A DNA stretch of 63,860 nt, filler included, from Octopus bimaculoides (GCF_001194135.2; 5 parts of 5 records of this genome joined end to end with filler, not necessarily neighbours in it), one strand, 5' to 3'. Positions 37,200 to 51,215 are shown, numbered from the whole stretch's first letter. The notes: generated by a model from the letters alone, not told the origin. Program-made: numbers and translations.

Positions 37200-39907
37200 T
37201 ACTTTCCACAGGCACTAGACATAGAATACCATGAAATCAGATATCAAATTCATGTGCCTGGCTCTCTCTAGGTTGCAGTGGACCATTTGTTGTCCCTCAA
37301 AGAAGTGGAGAAGAGAGGCTGATTTAAGTGGGAATACTGCTTAAATAGGTGATGTGCTACTAGTGACTTCTTGCGTGTTATTTTGAAGTTATGCTTTATA
37401 TATATTAGCAAAGGGAGAGTTAATTATGTTCGTTTTGAGTATTCTGGAATATTCTAGATTGTTCGATTGGGAGAGATAACTGCCGTTGACTCCCAATGAA
37501 TATTTTGTGGGCTTGCGAATCTGTTTCAGTTAGCATTGCCTATATTACTCTCCCCCAGACTGAAAGGAGTGAAAAGGTTGAACAGGCAAAGAGTTAAACT
37601 GTAGGCGATGAAACAGGTGAATGCCCATGCTACACAAGGAGGAGCAGAGACACAAAGAGTGTGGGAAAAGGATAAATCATGGAAGATGGCAAATGTGAAC
37701 AATGCAAGCAAACATAAGATTATGTGAATAAAAGAATAGAAACATGTAAAGACAAATGCATATAACATACGAAATACATGAAATAATATGTGCAAAGAAA
37801 AGATGTAGCAAAACAGTTTGTTAAATTGTACAGTTTGTTAAATTGTACAGTTTGTTCAAAACAGGTGGTGTATCAACAGGCACAGTTTATGTTAATATGA
37901 AAAGGTGATTAAATATAAATAATTTTGGACAGTTTATGTGGCCAAGTTACAGTTCTACCAGTTTGTGTGACATAAGGTGGAGTGGAATGTGGTGTTTGCA
38001 AATGTTGTTTGAAAGTATGTAAGTATGTTTGATGTTTCTGTGAAGTTGTTGCTGGAGTGTGACAGGTGTGTCAGGTAGTGGAATAAGACTTTCAGAGAAA
38101 GCCTTCTTTACTCTGTCAATAGATACTGTCTCTTTTTAACCGTTAATGTCCACAGTGAAGAGTTTTGGTGTGTGTGTGAAAGCACACAGAAGGGGCCTGA
38201 GTAGGGTGGTGTAAGGGGTCCTTTCACAGCATCATTCTGCAAAAAAACGTATGTCCATGTAGAGATATCTGCTGGAACAACAGAAGAAATAGACTGGCCA
38301 CGAGGTGCCATGGGTGGCAGATCTGAGAAGTAAGAACAAAGTCTGGTGATGTATGATGTAGGATCCGGATGCACTGAATCGACTGGTGCCAACATTTGAT
38401 CGAGAAGTGCCAAAGTGGTACCGTACAAGAGTTCAGCTGCAGAGTAGCCCAAATCTGCTTTAACAGCAGACTGGCAACCTAGGAGAACGATTGGAAGAAA
38501 TTTGGTCCATCATTGTGGGTCTGGGGCAGTGTGAAGTGCAGCCTTCAACTGCCTGTGCAATCTTTCCACCATTCCATTTGAAGCTGGGTGGTAACTAGTC
38601 GTATGAATGTGCTGTATACCAAGCAGCCATAATAATTCATGGAAAAGGGAGGCTTTGAACTGGCGTCCATGATCAGTGGTGATCCTGGAGAGGACGCCAT
38701 GGTGAGCAATGCACTCTGAGATGAGAGCTCGAGTGACAAACTTGGAAGTAATATCTACCAGGAGTATGGCCTCTGGCCATCAAGTGAACCAATCAATACA
38801 GGTCAAAATGTATGTGAAACTGGAACTGACGAGCCAAGGAGCAATGAGATCAATATAGATGTGTCGGAAGCAAGTGTCCGGCAGACTGAACTGTCCCAAT
38901 GGAGCACAAATATGCCTATGCACCTTGGAGTGCTGACACTGCAAACAAGACTGTGCCCAAGCGGTGATTGTACAACGCATATCAGGCCAGAAGGAGTGGA
39001 CTGTAATAAGCTTCAGTGTGACAGCAATGCCTGGATGTGACAATGAATGCAGAGCGTCGAAGATGGTGTGGTGATGATGATCAGGAATGAGCGGCCTGGG
39101 TGAACCAGTGGAAACATCACAGAGGATGTTCGTCTCAGCAGATACTCAAACTTGCAGCAGGAAAACTGAGCAGAAGATATTTGAGCAAATCCAGGGAAGG
39201 CTGGTCTGAAGTAATGGCGACCAGATCAATTGTAGCAGGAGACGAAATGGAATACAGAGGAAGCCTAGACAAAGCATCAGTGAGTATATTGGCAGATCCA
39301 GCAATATGGTGTATGTCACTGGTGAACTGAGAAGTGAAGTCTAACTGTCTGTATGCCCTCAGTGACTAATTCTCCGACTTGGATTGTAGTGCGAATGTGA
39401 GTGGTTTATGGTCCGTGAATATCATGAATTCCCAGCCTTCAAGGAAGTGGTAGAAGTGTCTAACAACAAGATAAACAGCTAACAGCTCTCTATCAAAAGT
39501 GCTATACTGTTGTTCAGCTGGTTTCAGTTGGTGTGAGAAAAACACTAGTGGTTGAGTCTGGTAGTTGAATATCTGTTGCAATACAGCGCCAACACCAACA
39601 GAGTGTATAAGATGTCTCAGGAACTCTAATGATGTACCAAACACACAGTTTGCAGGGTTGACCTTGACATTGTCTGACTGGAGACACTGGAACAACTGAG
39701 ATAGGTGTTGTTGATGTTCAGCTGTGTTACTGGCTATGTGTGTTGTTTTGAAGTTATGTATAGTACATTAGCAAAGGAGGAGTTAATCATGTTTGCTTCG
39801 AATATACTGGAATATTCTAGATTGTTGTATCAGGAGAGATAACTGTCGTTGATCCCCAACGAATATGTTGTGGGCTTGCGAATCTGTTTCAATTAGCATT
39901 GCCTACA
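37200..39907 (-). mobile_element. Gypsy element with large internal deletion
   Basis: LTR starts TGTAGGCAATGC at 39907 and TATAGGCAATGC at 37544, the latter preceded by PPT GGGGGAGAG. RNase H (YSTFDRELLAVY...FTDHKPL), integrase zinc finger (HPGIAVT...CLQCQ) and core. The left boundary is approximate. Confidence 0.88.
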
Positions 39908-40060
39908 AGTCACTAACTATATATTACGAATTAACAGTCCTTATCCTATTTATTTATCTAACTTGACCTATTTACTTGCATTTGTATTAACATTGTTTTG
40001 TACTAATGCTGATTAGGGCACCCACTGCCAGTGGTGGTGACAATAATTAACCAGTTAACC

Positions 40061-40476
40061 TGTAGTGATGCCTTATAGCAGACAACATTTCCTGAGTTTT
40101 TATCCACACAAGCGCAGGGACTAGTTCTGGAAGGAATACAGGAAGAGTCTCATGCGCATGCGTAGTCATTGACATCCAAGCTTTCGCATTTCTTTCACCC
40201 TCTTTTGTTGCTGGCCGGCGCAGAGCCTAGACGTCGCAGCAGCCTCTCTCCAACAACCCAACTCTGGAGCTACACAAATAACCACGCAACTTCATTGACG
40301 GCGTCTCAGTAACCAAAGGGCGAAGTGCTGCCGAATTCCCTCCAAGTGTGAGCAGAATTCTATTGTAATAAATATTGTTGTGTTGATAGTTTAGAGTCTG
40401 CGTTCCTGTTGTTTCTTCAAGAAATTTAATGTACGGAAGCGGAGTACACCTAATGGTGTATAACCACTTCCCTACA
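40061..40476 (+). mobile_element. Solo LTR with 4-bp TSD
   Basis: TGTAGTG...CCTACA flanked by AACC on both sides. Homologous to 26724-27173. Confidence 0.93.
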
Positions 40477-40806
40477 AACCTCTATATGTATTTACTTGTA
40501 TCTGTACTAACACTGCTGTACTAATGCTGGTATAGCACCCACATTCAGTGGAGGTAGCAAGTATAACATGAATGATGGAGGATTTGTAGTGGGAAAGGTG
40601 TAGCAAAAGATGTTGAGGTAGCAATGGGAAAGCATTGGATTATGGTTTAAATAATTTATTTAATCGATACTTGCATTTACTTTTTGGATACACCAAAAAG
40701 TTCACTACATGACATTACCAACTTAGAGTTCTATATTTAAGAGATGAGGAATTATGTATATTATTTGCATTTGACTGATATTTGTCCTCATCTTGTTTGT
40801 TGTTAA

Positions 40807-40849
40807 CAAAAAGTTTCAGCTGATATACCCTCCAACCTTCATCAGGTGT
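40807..40849 (-). ncRNA. Degenerate minimal Penelope-type hammerhead ribozyme in a pLTR remnant
   Basis: Minus strand ACAC-CTGATGA-AGGTTG(gagggtatat)CAGCT-GAAAC-TTTTTGT. Core intact, but stem III and the 3' strand of stem I are damaged. Confidence 0.6.
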
Positions 40850-40869
40850 CTTGGGGAAATTTCGAAAGA

Positions 40870-42520
40870 TGGGTAGGTGAAGAGTTTGTACTTACTCGAA
40901 AGACTTGAACAAATTTTGTGGGCCATTGAACTGTTCTTCCTGATTTGGTGTGCTGGAGTCTTGCAGAATCTGAGGTGTTTGTGATGGGTGAAGCTGAAGT
41001 TGTTGAGTCTGTTTGAGGAATGGCGAGAACTGAAAGTAAGTCCTCCTTGACTAATGCTTTTTTTAAGCAACCAACAGAGACAATATTTCGTTTTTCTCCA
41101 ATATGTTGCTTCACATGCCACAAAGAACATCAATACTTGGACGCATGTTTTCGTTAGAAATGATGGAATACCTTCTCAACTTCAAAAACTTTGGTTCTTT
41201 TTAGATTACTTTGTAGGGCCCGGAATATGGAGGTTGAAGTTGAGAAGGTATTCCATCATTTCTAATGAAAACATGCATCCATATATTGATATTCTTTGGG
41301 ACATGTGAAGTGACATTCTGTTGTCTGGGGCCTGCAGGAGACAAATGCGACGTAGATGTCCATAAGTGGTGCACATATTTTGCTGGGTCTGGAAAGTCTT
41401 GTTGTGAAACAGGGTCGGTCATCTGCCCAGGTAAGGTGAGTGCTGTGCCACAGACTAGTTCAGCTGGAATATGTCCAACTCCCTCCTTAACCATGAATTG
41501 AATACCAAGGAGGATGAGAGGGAGATATTCCAACCAGTTGGAGCAGTCTGGATATGCTTTTATAGCTGTCTTGAGTTGGCAGTGAAAGCGTTCAACCATG
41601 CCATTTGCTGCAGGGTGGTAAGCTGTTGTGTAAGTGTGTTTACACCCGAGGAGATGAGTCAGCTTGGTGAAAAGGTGAGAATTGAACTGACGTTCTCTGT
41701 CAGTGGGTGTGCTGAAATGCAAAACCTAGTGAAACACTAGTATTTTGGCGACAGTTTCCGCAGAAGTGTCCAATAGGGAAAAAGCTTCCAGCCAGTGAGA
41801 AAATCTGTCAACATAGGTGAGCAGGTGAGTGCAGTTGTTGGAAGGAGGCAAGGGTCCAATGATGTCAATATACACGTGTTGAAAACGTACATCTGGAGTT
41901 GCAAAGGAACTGATGGGAGATTTAATGTGTCAGTAGACCTTTACTTTTTGACACGCGACACAGGTCCTAGCCCAATCAGGGATGTCCTTGTTGATGTTGG
42001 GCCACACAAAATGGGTTGATATCAGCTTTTGTGTGGCATAGACACCAGGATGTACTAGGGAATGCAAAGCAGAGAAAACGGCATATACAGACATTCATGA
42101 CTGGTGGAGGTGTTGCACCAAATATAGCCTGTAGCAGAGGGTATTGGTGATTACCAAAATTTCAGAGATGATGAATTTCAGAGCTGTAATAGTTTATTGT
42201 CATCTTGTTGATCAGCTGCAATATGCTGGAGATAAATGGTCGCAGTGGTGTGGATAGCGTTAAGCTCCATGCATCACAGGGCATCAGCTGCAGAGTTGTT
42301 TGCACCTTTGATGTGGTGAATGTCTGTTGTGTACTGTGATATGAAGTCTAGATGTTGGACTTCCCTGTGTGAGTGACGATCAGGTTTGGCAATGAAGGCA
42401 TAAACCAGCAGTTTATGGTCGGTATAAATGGAGAAAATGTGACCTTCCAGCATGTGTCAAAAATTCTTGACAGCGAGATACACTATGAGCGAGAATCCTT
42501 AGATTCAGGTTTGAATCTTG
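40870..42520 (-). mobile_element. Gypsy integrase-region remnant with internal inverted segment
   Basis: TTAYHPAANGMVERFHCQLK...LPLILLGI...PPYSGPYKV. 41103-41185 is an inverted copy of 41234-41316. Confidence 0.88.
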
Positions 42521-42599
42521 GCTCGGAAAAAGGAAGTGTTAGTTTTTACAGATAAATGTGAGGACAACTACTATGACATATCTGTTGGCAAATGCTCAC

Positions 42600-45500
42600 T
42601 ACAACCTTCTTTTCAGAAGCCAATAGCTGCAGTTCCCTCTCTCCATGTTACCTTCCTGTACATTCCCTCAGGGTTGGCACTGTCATGTTGGCACTTTGAA
42701 AGGAGACATGTTGATGTGTGTTGCATCCAAGAAGTTCAGTGGTGGGAAGCTTCAGCCAGGTACCTCACAGGCAAAAGGCATAGGTATAAATTCTTCTGGG
42801 AGGGCAACAATGATGGGGTAGGAGGTGTGGGCATACTTCTAGCAGAGAAATGGGTAAATAAGGTGATTGAAGTAGTCAGAGTATGTGATAGGGTACTTGA
42901 ACTAGTTTTGCTTAATAGCACAGCAACAATCATCTCTGCCTATGCACCCCCACCAACTGGGTCTGCCATATGAACAAAAGGACTATTTTTATAACACTCT
43001 TTTGCAGGCTACTTCAAAGATAAATGATAGTGACCTTATCTTCATTGCTGGTGATTTCAATGGACATGTTGGGCAGCACCTAGGTATCTTCCATGGGATG
43101 CACGGGGTCCATGGTATTGGTTCTCAAAATGAGGGTGAAGCAAGGCTGCTGGAGTTCTGTGATGCAAATGACCTAATGATCTACTACACTAACTTCAGAA
43201 AGCCAACCTGTCACCTGATAACCTATAAATTTGGTGACCATGCTAGCCAGATTGACAATATTCTCACCAGAAAGCGGGATTCACAGTTGCTCATAAATGC
43301 AAAATCCTTCCCTGGTGAAGAATGTATCCCTCAGCATAGGTTACACATTAGTGACTTAAAGCTACAAACATAAAGGATTCCTTGAAGCAAGCCAGCTTGG
43401 AAAAGAAGGATCTGGAAGCTTAAGGATCCTTTGAATAGTCAGAAATTTAGAGAATGTTCTAACTGAATCATTTAATGAGAAGGTGGAGAAGTTACAGACT
43501 TGTAACATAGAAGATAACTAGAAGTTCCTACAAGACAAAGACCACAGACCAAATTCCTGGTTGGTGCAAACTCCCAACCAGACCTAGGCTGATGTGGTAG
43601 TGGAGCAGAGTAGTTGACAGAACCATTAGAGTAAAGAAACAGGCTTGGAAGGATTGGAAGGGTGGCAGTAGCAAAGAGTTATATCAGGTAGCTAGAAGGG
43701 AAGCTAGGAAGCAGGTATACTTAGCTAGGGGTGAAGAAAAAAATGAAGAAGTTTGCCAATGTTCTGAGCATGAAGACCAGGAGCTTGACATGCTTTGGTT
43801 TACAAGATAGTGTGTCAGGGAAAATTGTGAGGTTCTTGGAGAGAAGTGTGTTTCCTTAGATGATGGTTCACTTGCAGTTAGTGACTCTGCTAAGAAAGAG
43901 GCTTGGAAGTGCCACTATGAAAGGCTACTAAATGTAGACAACTCATGGGAGAAGCAGAGTTTGCCTAATGTGGATCCAACAGAGGGACCAGCAATCTGAA
44001 TAAACAGTAGCATGGTAAATAAAGCCATGATGGATATGAAGACCACAAAAGCCCTTGGCCCATCAGGAATCACTGCTGAGGTGCTTAAAATATCTGGTGG
44101 TGTGGGTTATGGTCTAGTCACCTGTATAGTTAATCAAGTTGTACATGAGGGAGTCATACCCAATGACCCGTGTAGCAACATCATAGTCAACTGTTACAAA
44201 GGTAAAGGTGATGCCTTAGACATAAATAATTTCAGAAGTATCAAATTGTTGGATTAGGTGTTGAAAGTTTTGAAGAGGGTCGTAGCCCAACTAATTAGGA
44301 AGAGAGTCTAGATGAGATGTATTTTGATTTCGTGCCAGAGAGACGCACCACTGATGCTATATTTCGGGTAAGGCAGCTGTAGGAGTGCCTAGCCAAAAAT
44401 AAATCCCTTTACTTAGCTTTTGTTGACATGGAGAAAGCCTTTGATAGGGTTCCCTGCTCCTTTATCTGGTGGTCAATGCAGAAACTAGGAATAGATGAGT
44501 GGTTAGTGAGAGCTGAACAAGCCATGTACAGGCATGCTGTCAGTATGGTTAGAGTTGGCAACGAGTATTGGAATGAATTCAGGGTACAAGTAGGTGTTCA
44601 CAAACAATCAGTCCTCATCCCCCTCTTGTTCATCATAATCCTCCAGGTAATAGAGGAATTTATGTCAGGCTGCCCCTGAGAGCTTCTCTATGCTGATGAC
44701 CTTATTCTTATAGCTGAATCACTACCAGAACTAAAGAAGAAATTTCAGACATGGAAGCAAGGTCTAGAATCAAAGGGCCTTAGAGTTAATTTAGCAAAAA
44801 CCAAAGTCTTAGCAAGAGGAAAGTGGACAAATCACAAATCTTTTCAGGTAGATGGCCCTGCTCGATCTGGCAAAAGGTGTACGTAGAAACTCCATAAGAT
44901 GTACCTGGTGCAAGCTATGGACACATAAGATGTCAGCAATATCAAAGGAAGGTTAACAAAGGAAATAGTCTTTGTGTATGGCAGGTATACAGGTACAACA
45001 AACAATAGAAATGTACAGAAAATAGACTCCATCAAATGCCAGGAGAAATACCTAGAAGTAGTTGATAGCTTCTATTATCTAGGTGATCAAGTTGGCAGTG
45101 AAGGTGGCTGCTTCAAGAATGTAGCTGTTAAAATAAGAATAGGCTGAGCAAAGCTCAGAGAGCTTATACCTTTGTTGGTAACTAAGGGCCTCTCTCTCAG
45201 AATGAAAGGCAGACTGTATGTTGCTTGTGTGTGAATGGCTATACTCCACAGCAGTGAAATGTGGGCTGTGACCAAGGAGGACATGTATAAGCTTGAAAGA
45301 AATGAAGCTAGTATGCTTCGCTGGATGTGCTATATCAGTGTGCAGGTACAACAGAGTGTAAGTGTCTTAAGAGAGAAGTTTGGCATAAGAGGCATCAGAT
45401 GTGGTGTCCAAGAGAGACAACTGCACTTGTATGATCATGTGTTGCATTTGGATGAGAACACCCATGTAAAGAAATGCTGATCTCTAACTGTAGAGGGAAC

Positions 45501-45878
45501 CTGTGGAAGAGGTAGACCCAGGAAGACAGAATGAAGTGGTGAAGCATGATCTCTGAACATTGGGCCTCATGGAGGTAATGACAAATGACTGAGACCTTTA
45601 GCAATATGCTGTGCTTGAGAAGACTCATCAAGCTAAGTGAAATCGTAGGTGTGGCTGATGCCAGTGTCACATAACTGGCACTTGTGCTGGTGGTACATAA
45701 TAGCACCTGTGCTTGTGGCATGTAAAAAGCACCCACAACACTCTTAGAGTGGTTGGCATTAGGAAGGGCATCCAGCTGTAGAAACATGCTAAAGCAGGCT
45801 GGAATCTAGTGCAGCTCTCCAGTTTACTAGTTCCTGTCAAACCATCTGACCTATGCCAGCATGGAAAGCAGATGCTAA

Positions 45879-45910
<32 letters not shown>
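42600..45910 (+). mobile_element. Near full-length RTE LINE (APE + RT), degenerate
   Basis: VDVCCIQEV, GVGGVGILLAEKW, FIAGDFNGHVG, FVDMEKAFDRVP, LLYADDL, LHSSEMW, a structured 3' UTR and a (GAT)n tail. Confidence 0.95.
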
Positions 45911-46179
45911 ATATATAAAAGATATCTGGATGACTGTTTTATCATTTGGAATAAGACCATTGATAAACTTTTTGAATTTAAATTGCTACTAAATAGTATA
46001 AATCCAACTATTCAGTTTACAATGCAGTACAGCAAAGAGCAATTCCCATTCTCTGATATTTTGATTTTAAAAAATCAACAATGGAACTGAAACTTATATC
46101 TATAATAAACCAACAGACTCAAAGCAGTATCTTCTGTTTAGTTCATGCCACCTGAAACACATAAAAAAAAATCGTCATT

Positions 46180-46222
<43 letters not shown>

Positions 46223-47360
46223 CCATCATCATCAGCATAGGCTGAACAGTTTGACTTAAAACTGGTAAGCTGGGGAGCTGAACCAGGTTCCAGTATGATT
46301 TGGCATGGTTTCTTGAAAAGGATTTGCACAATAGTGTCTGTTGTAAGTACTTGGGACCTTCGACATCATGACCTCAGAACCACAGTAGCCAAGAGACACT
46401 ATCCACCCTCACTTATAGATAATGGAATTAAACATGCCAAGAAAATAGATATCAAAATATTAAGGGAAGCAAAACGAAATTCCACACCTCATCTACAAAT
46501 ACTACTCTATATATCGTCACACAACCCTAGAAACAATGAGGCATACAATGCCACTATTTAAAAATCTACTAATGCTCACTAGGGATTCATAGATGAACCA
46601 CATTCTACAAACACACAAATTCATCAAATGTAAAAATCAACCCAAATTACTAAAAAGAATACTGCCAAATGTGAAACTATCTACACCTGACAACAATAAA
46701 ACTAATAGTAAAAGATGCAGGCATCCAAATTGTGGAACATGTCCCAACCTACTGGAAGGTTTGGAATTCAACTTGAAACAAGGACAAAGATTCACAATTA
46801 AGACCAATTTCACTTGTGCATTTGAAAATTTAATTTATGTGATAATTTTTTCAGGATGTGAACACAACTATATAGGCCAAACAAGGATGTCACTTGGACA
46901 GAGAACTACACAGCATTAGGAACAGATCTGTTTCCTATGACAGATACCATTGAGTGAGCACATAGAGAGATGTGCAGGGAATCTCTAATCAAACTTCACA
47001 GCTTTCCCTATCTACTAGTGCAAGGAAACAATCTCTATACAAAAATGATTAAATAAAAAAATATATTTATTGAAAAATATAAACTGCTCCTGAATATGAA
47101 TGTATAACCAACTTTGCATATATTTTATTTCCCTACTTTAACTCAGAAGTTTATAACTTCATAATATAAATACTATAAATTTATCCTCCAAAAAAAAAAA
47201 AAAAGAGCAATTACTTCCCTTGCTTCAAATAATAACAATCACCAATTATCCTCCCTTAGATTTTTCTACATGTTGGGTCATTTACAAATAGAAAAATTGC
47301 AATATTTTCACCAATTTCAATGTCATGATTAGCGAAACACGAAACTAGTAGACCATCATA
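45911..47360 (+). mobile_element. 5'-truncated Penelope-like element (RT C-terminus + GIY-YIG)
   Basis: KRYLDDCFIIW, FPFSDILI, Cys linker CRHPNCGTC and NLIYVIIFSGCEHNYIGQT. Interrupted at about 46170-46310 by an RTE-tail fragment. Confidence 0.9.
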
Positions 47361-47789
47361 ATATTCTATCCTTTAAAATATATTAAAAATATATAAATTG
47401 TGTGCATTTTCCTTCTTTTGTTATATATTTTTCCCTGTCTGTCTGTCATCAGCATTTTAGCATGTGTCTGATAATTTATTTGGCTTCTTCTTGACCACTT
47501 CTGCCCCTCTGTCCATGTTTATGCCTCTGACAACTAATGAGGCCGATTCTTGCATGGAAGCATCTATTGCAAATTTCACAAGGGATCCGTAGTGGAGGCT
47601 TTGGTTGTTGCAGCCTCCATTTTCTTTCTTATCGTTTCTCTTCTTTTCTCTGTTGTTCAGCTTCAGAATGATCTATCACAGTGGAGATAGAATGATGCCA
47701 GCCAGGCCCGTCCTGAGCTTCAATGTCCCAGGCTTTGGGATCAGTTCCAGTCAGTTTTAGGCTTTACTTCAGTTGGTCCTTGTTTTGAC

Positions 47790-50605
47790 GGAGGGGATAG
47801 CCATGTAGTCTTCTTCTGGTGGAAAGTTCACCATATAATATTTGATGAGACAGCCTGGTCTCTTTTATTCTTGCCACATGGCCCACCCATCTCAGATGAT
47901 TTTTCAGGATAGTGGCCTTGATGCTGTTGCTTTTCTGTCCAAAACAGAGACATCAATCACAATGTAATTCCATTTTATATTCATAATAGAGCAGAACTTC
48001 TGTTGGTGAAATTGCTGTAGTTTTTTGGCACCATTTTGGTAGAGTCCATGTTTCACAACTGTAGAGGAGAGTGGAGATCATGATTGCTTGGTAGACACTC
48101 AATTTTGTTTGGTGGTTCAGATCTTTATTCTTAAAGACCCTTTTCATGAGTCGCTCTTAAACAGTTCTGCACATCCTTTTCCAATGTTCACTTGTTCAAA
48201 AGCAAACTTTGTTAGTATGAAAAGTGGTTGACTTTCTCTAGTGGTGTCTCTGAGATGGTAATGTTGAAATCTGGAGTTTCCTCCTGACTTAGAACGGGTA
48301 GTGCTAGGAATTTTGTCTTTTTGATGTTGACTTTTAGGCGAAACTGAGTGTAAGCATTGGTGAAGTTATTCACTGATTGTTGAAACTATTCACTGGAGTG
48401 GCATTGTCATCAGCGTACTGAAGTTCAGTGATCTTTTGCTTCCTGGTCAGTCTTTGTGACTTCGATCTGGCATGGTTGAAACATCCCCCATCATATTGGT
48501 ACCTGATGTTGACTCCTGGATTGTCTGAATGCAGTTCATGAAACATTGCTGCAAGGTACAAAGAGAAGAGCGTTGGAGCCAAAATGCATCCTTGTTCTAA
48601 CTTTCCAGTGATGGGGAAGTCTTCAGACAGCTGGCTTTGATGGAAGATGGTTCCACTCATACAGTCATGTAATCTCTCTACTAGGGAAATGAACTGATTG
48701 GGGCAGCCAAAGCGTTAGAGGACCTTCCACATTGCAGGCCTTGGAATGGTATCAGAAGCGTTTTCGAGGTCATAGAAAACAAAACAGAGAGGTTTTTGTT
48801 GTTCTCTACTCTTATCTTGTATTTGTCAAGTACAAAAGATCATGTCAGTTGTCCATCTGGATGGTTGAAATCCACATTGTGATTCGAGTAGTATTTCCTC
48901 CACAATGACTTGGAAACAATCCAAAAGGAGTCTTGCAATGATTTTCCCTATGGTGGAGAGCAGTGAGATGCCATGATAGTTCCCACAGATCTTTCTATCT
49001 CCTTTTTTGAAGAAGGTAATGATAACAACATCTTTAAGGTCTTTGGGAACATGATGGTTCTTCCACATTTGGAGAATCAATGTGAACAGACTGGGGTTTA
49101 ATTGTAGTCCACCATGTTTTAAAAGCTCCACTGGGATGTTGTCTGAGTAAGGAGACTTTCGCTGCTTCATGCAATTGAGAATAACCTGGTACTCATCATA
49201 GAATGGTGGCGTGTTCATCCAATGTCGAGTTGGATGCAGGGGTATGTTCTTAAATCTTCTGCCATGCTGGAGTCTTAGTTCAGATGACTCGAGAAGTGCT
49301 CTCTCCAGCGTTGAAGGATATCTTGTGGGTCAGTCAAGATGGTGTTGGAGTCTATTGATTGAAGAGACCCTGTTGATGATCTCACAGGCCCCAAAAGTTC
49401 CTTTGTTCCTGCATAGAAGTATCTGAGGTCACAGATGTCAGCATATCCTTGGAGGTCAATGGCTTTTTGTTGCCACTAGTTGTTCTGCATCTCTCTCAAT
49501 TTTGTTTGGCCTTGTCTTTTGAGGTTTTGATATCTCACCTGCTTGTGCCATGATCTTGGACCTTGCTCATGAGAGAGGTGGGCTTGCCATTTTGCATCGA
49601 TCAGCTGATTGATTTCTTGATCATTGCCATCAAACCAGTCCTGATGTCTCCTTTTGCTGTACCTGAGGGTGTTTTCAGCCACTTCAGGGATGGTTTTTCA
49701 GTGTGCTCCATTCTATATCCTGATTGTCAGATGGGATGGATTGAAGGTGTTTGAGAATGGAAGATGCATAAAAAGAGCTGATCTCTGGGTTGTTAAACTT
49801 CGATATGTCAAATTTTCTTCTGACATATTTTGTTTTTCCAGTCTTTGGTTTGTTGTTAACCATGATTTGAAGGCAGGTGATGACTAGATGATGGTCTACC
49901 CAGCAATTGTCAGTGCTGTTAGCCATTCATGTGATGAGGACATTTCTTTTCATTGATCGATGATGGAGTAGTCCAGGTGGTGCCAGTGTTTCAACCTGGG
50001 ATGCTTTCAGGTGGTTTTGAAGTGATTTGGGAGTCAAAATTGGGTGTTGGTGATGAAGCTAAAGTGTTCAGCACACAACCCAAGGAGCAGGAGTCCATTT
50101 TCATTGCAGTTTCTGACTCTTTCTTTGTTAATAACAATTTCCCATAGTCTCTTGTCTCTCCCCACTTTTGCATTGAAATCCTCGAGAAGGAGGAGCTTGT
50201 CATTTGGTAGTACATCAGGTCACTCAGCTGTTGGTAGATGTTTTTCACTTTTGTCATTGGCACCAAGTGCAGGTGTTAAACAGAGATCAGTATCATAAAG
50301 GTGGTAGCAGAGATTGGTATTCAGAGAGTCATACATTGTTCATTGATGGTAGAAAGTTTCAGATGGTGTCCCTTCACAAGCTTGGATTTTCAGCAAAAAA
50401 ATTCCGTGAATTTTCTCTCTCTTTCTTCTTTCCCTTTCCAGAAGAATGTATAACCCGAACCTATTTCTTCAGTCTTTCATTCCTCAGATAGATGTGTTTC
50501 ACTGAGGGCAGTGATGTCGATGTTAAATCTCGTTAGTACTTTGGAGACAAGAGCTGTTCTATGTTCTGGTCTCTCTGTGTCTTGAGGATTGAGATCTTTT
50601 TGATG
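47790..50605 (-). mobile_element. RTE (BovB-like) LINE, nearly complete ORF, degenerate
   Basis: RPEHRTALVSKVLTRFNIDITALSETHL...GSGYTFFWKG (APE), GNYHGISLLSTIGKI, LQYADD and YQAIMISTLLYSCETW. Confidence 0.95.
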
Positions 50606-50609
50606 CGTC

Positions 50610-51170
50610 TTTACTCTATATTGTTTTCTCCCCCTCCTTCTCTAATTCCCTTTTTCTCTCCTTCACCTTATTCTATCTGTCTCTCTCTCTTCCCTTCTTT
50701 CTCTTTCTCGTTGCTCACACGTGACCATCGTCCATCTTTCTTTTCCTCATGTAACCATCTTTCTTTTCCTGCACAACGTTCTAAGGACTGGACATCTCAT
50801 ATCTCTCTCCTCTATCTTTTCTCTTTTCAAAGAAAATATTTCTCCCAGTGTTCACTATTTTCCTCTCATTCAGGTCTAATGACACTCCATGTTTGTTTTC
50901 GTTTGGTCTCCTTGCATGTCTCCACTGTCCTGTTTTTGTTCCCAACTTTGACCCTCCATAAATCCAAAATTTTATTTAGGAATTTATGGGAGCAACTGTA
51001 TTTGAAGACTCATATTGTTGTTGAATGCTTGAAAGGAGTAGATAGACAGCTGGCAACTGATGAAGGGTCATTCTTTGTGTTACTTGTCCTGTTTTCCATT
51101 TTCTCTTTCATTGTTTGTGTATTTAACTTATTTGTTTGCGTACTTCATGTTGTTTATACAGTTGGTGACA
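50610..51170. repeat. Pyrimidine-rich repeat, possibly a PLE pLTR-derived sequence
   Basis: CT-rich tract ending at (TA)n. Contains CTGATGA without a downstream GAAA. Family assignment uncertain. Confidence 0.3.
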
Positions 51171-51215
51171 TCCTGTACCCATGTATGCATATATATATAT
51201 GCATATATATATATA

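Noticed and set aside
47425-47460. Minus-strand CTGATGA...GAAA
   Set aside because: The intervening CAGACAGACAGG cannot form stem II, and there is no stem I.
51050-51100. CTGATGA followed by a possible stem II
   Set aside because: GTTT occupies the position of GAAA, and there is no stem III or cleavage triplet.
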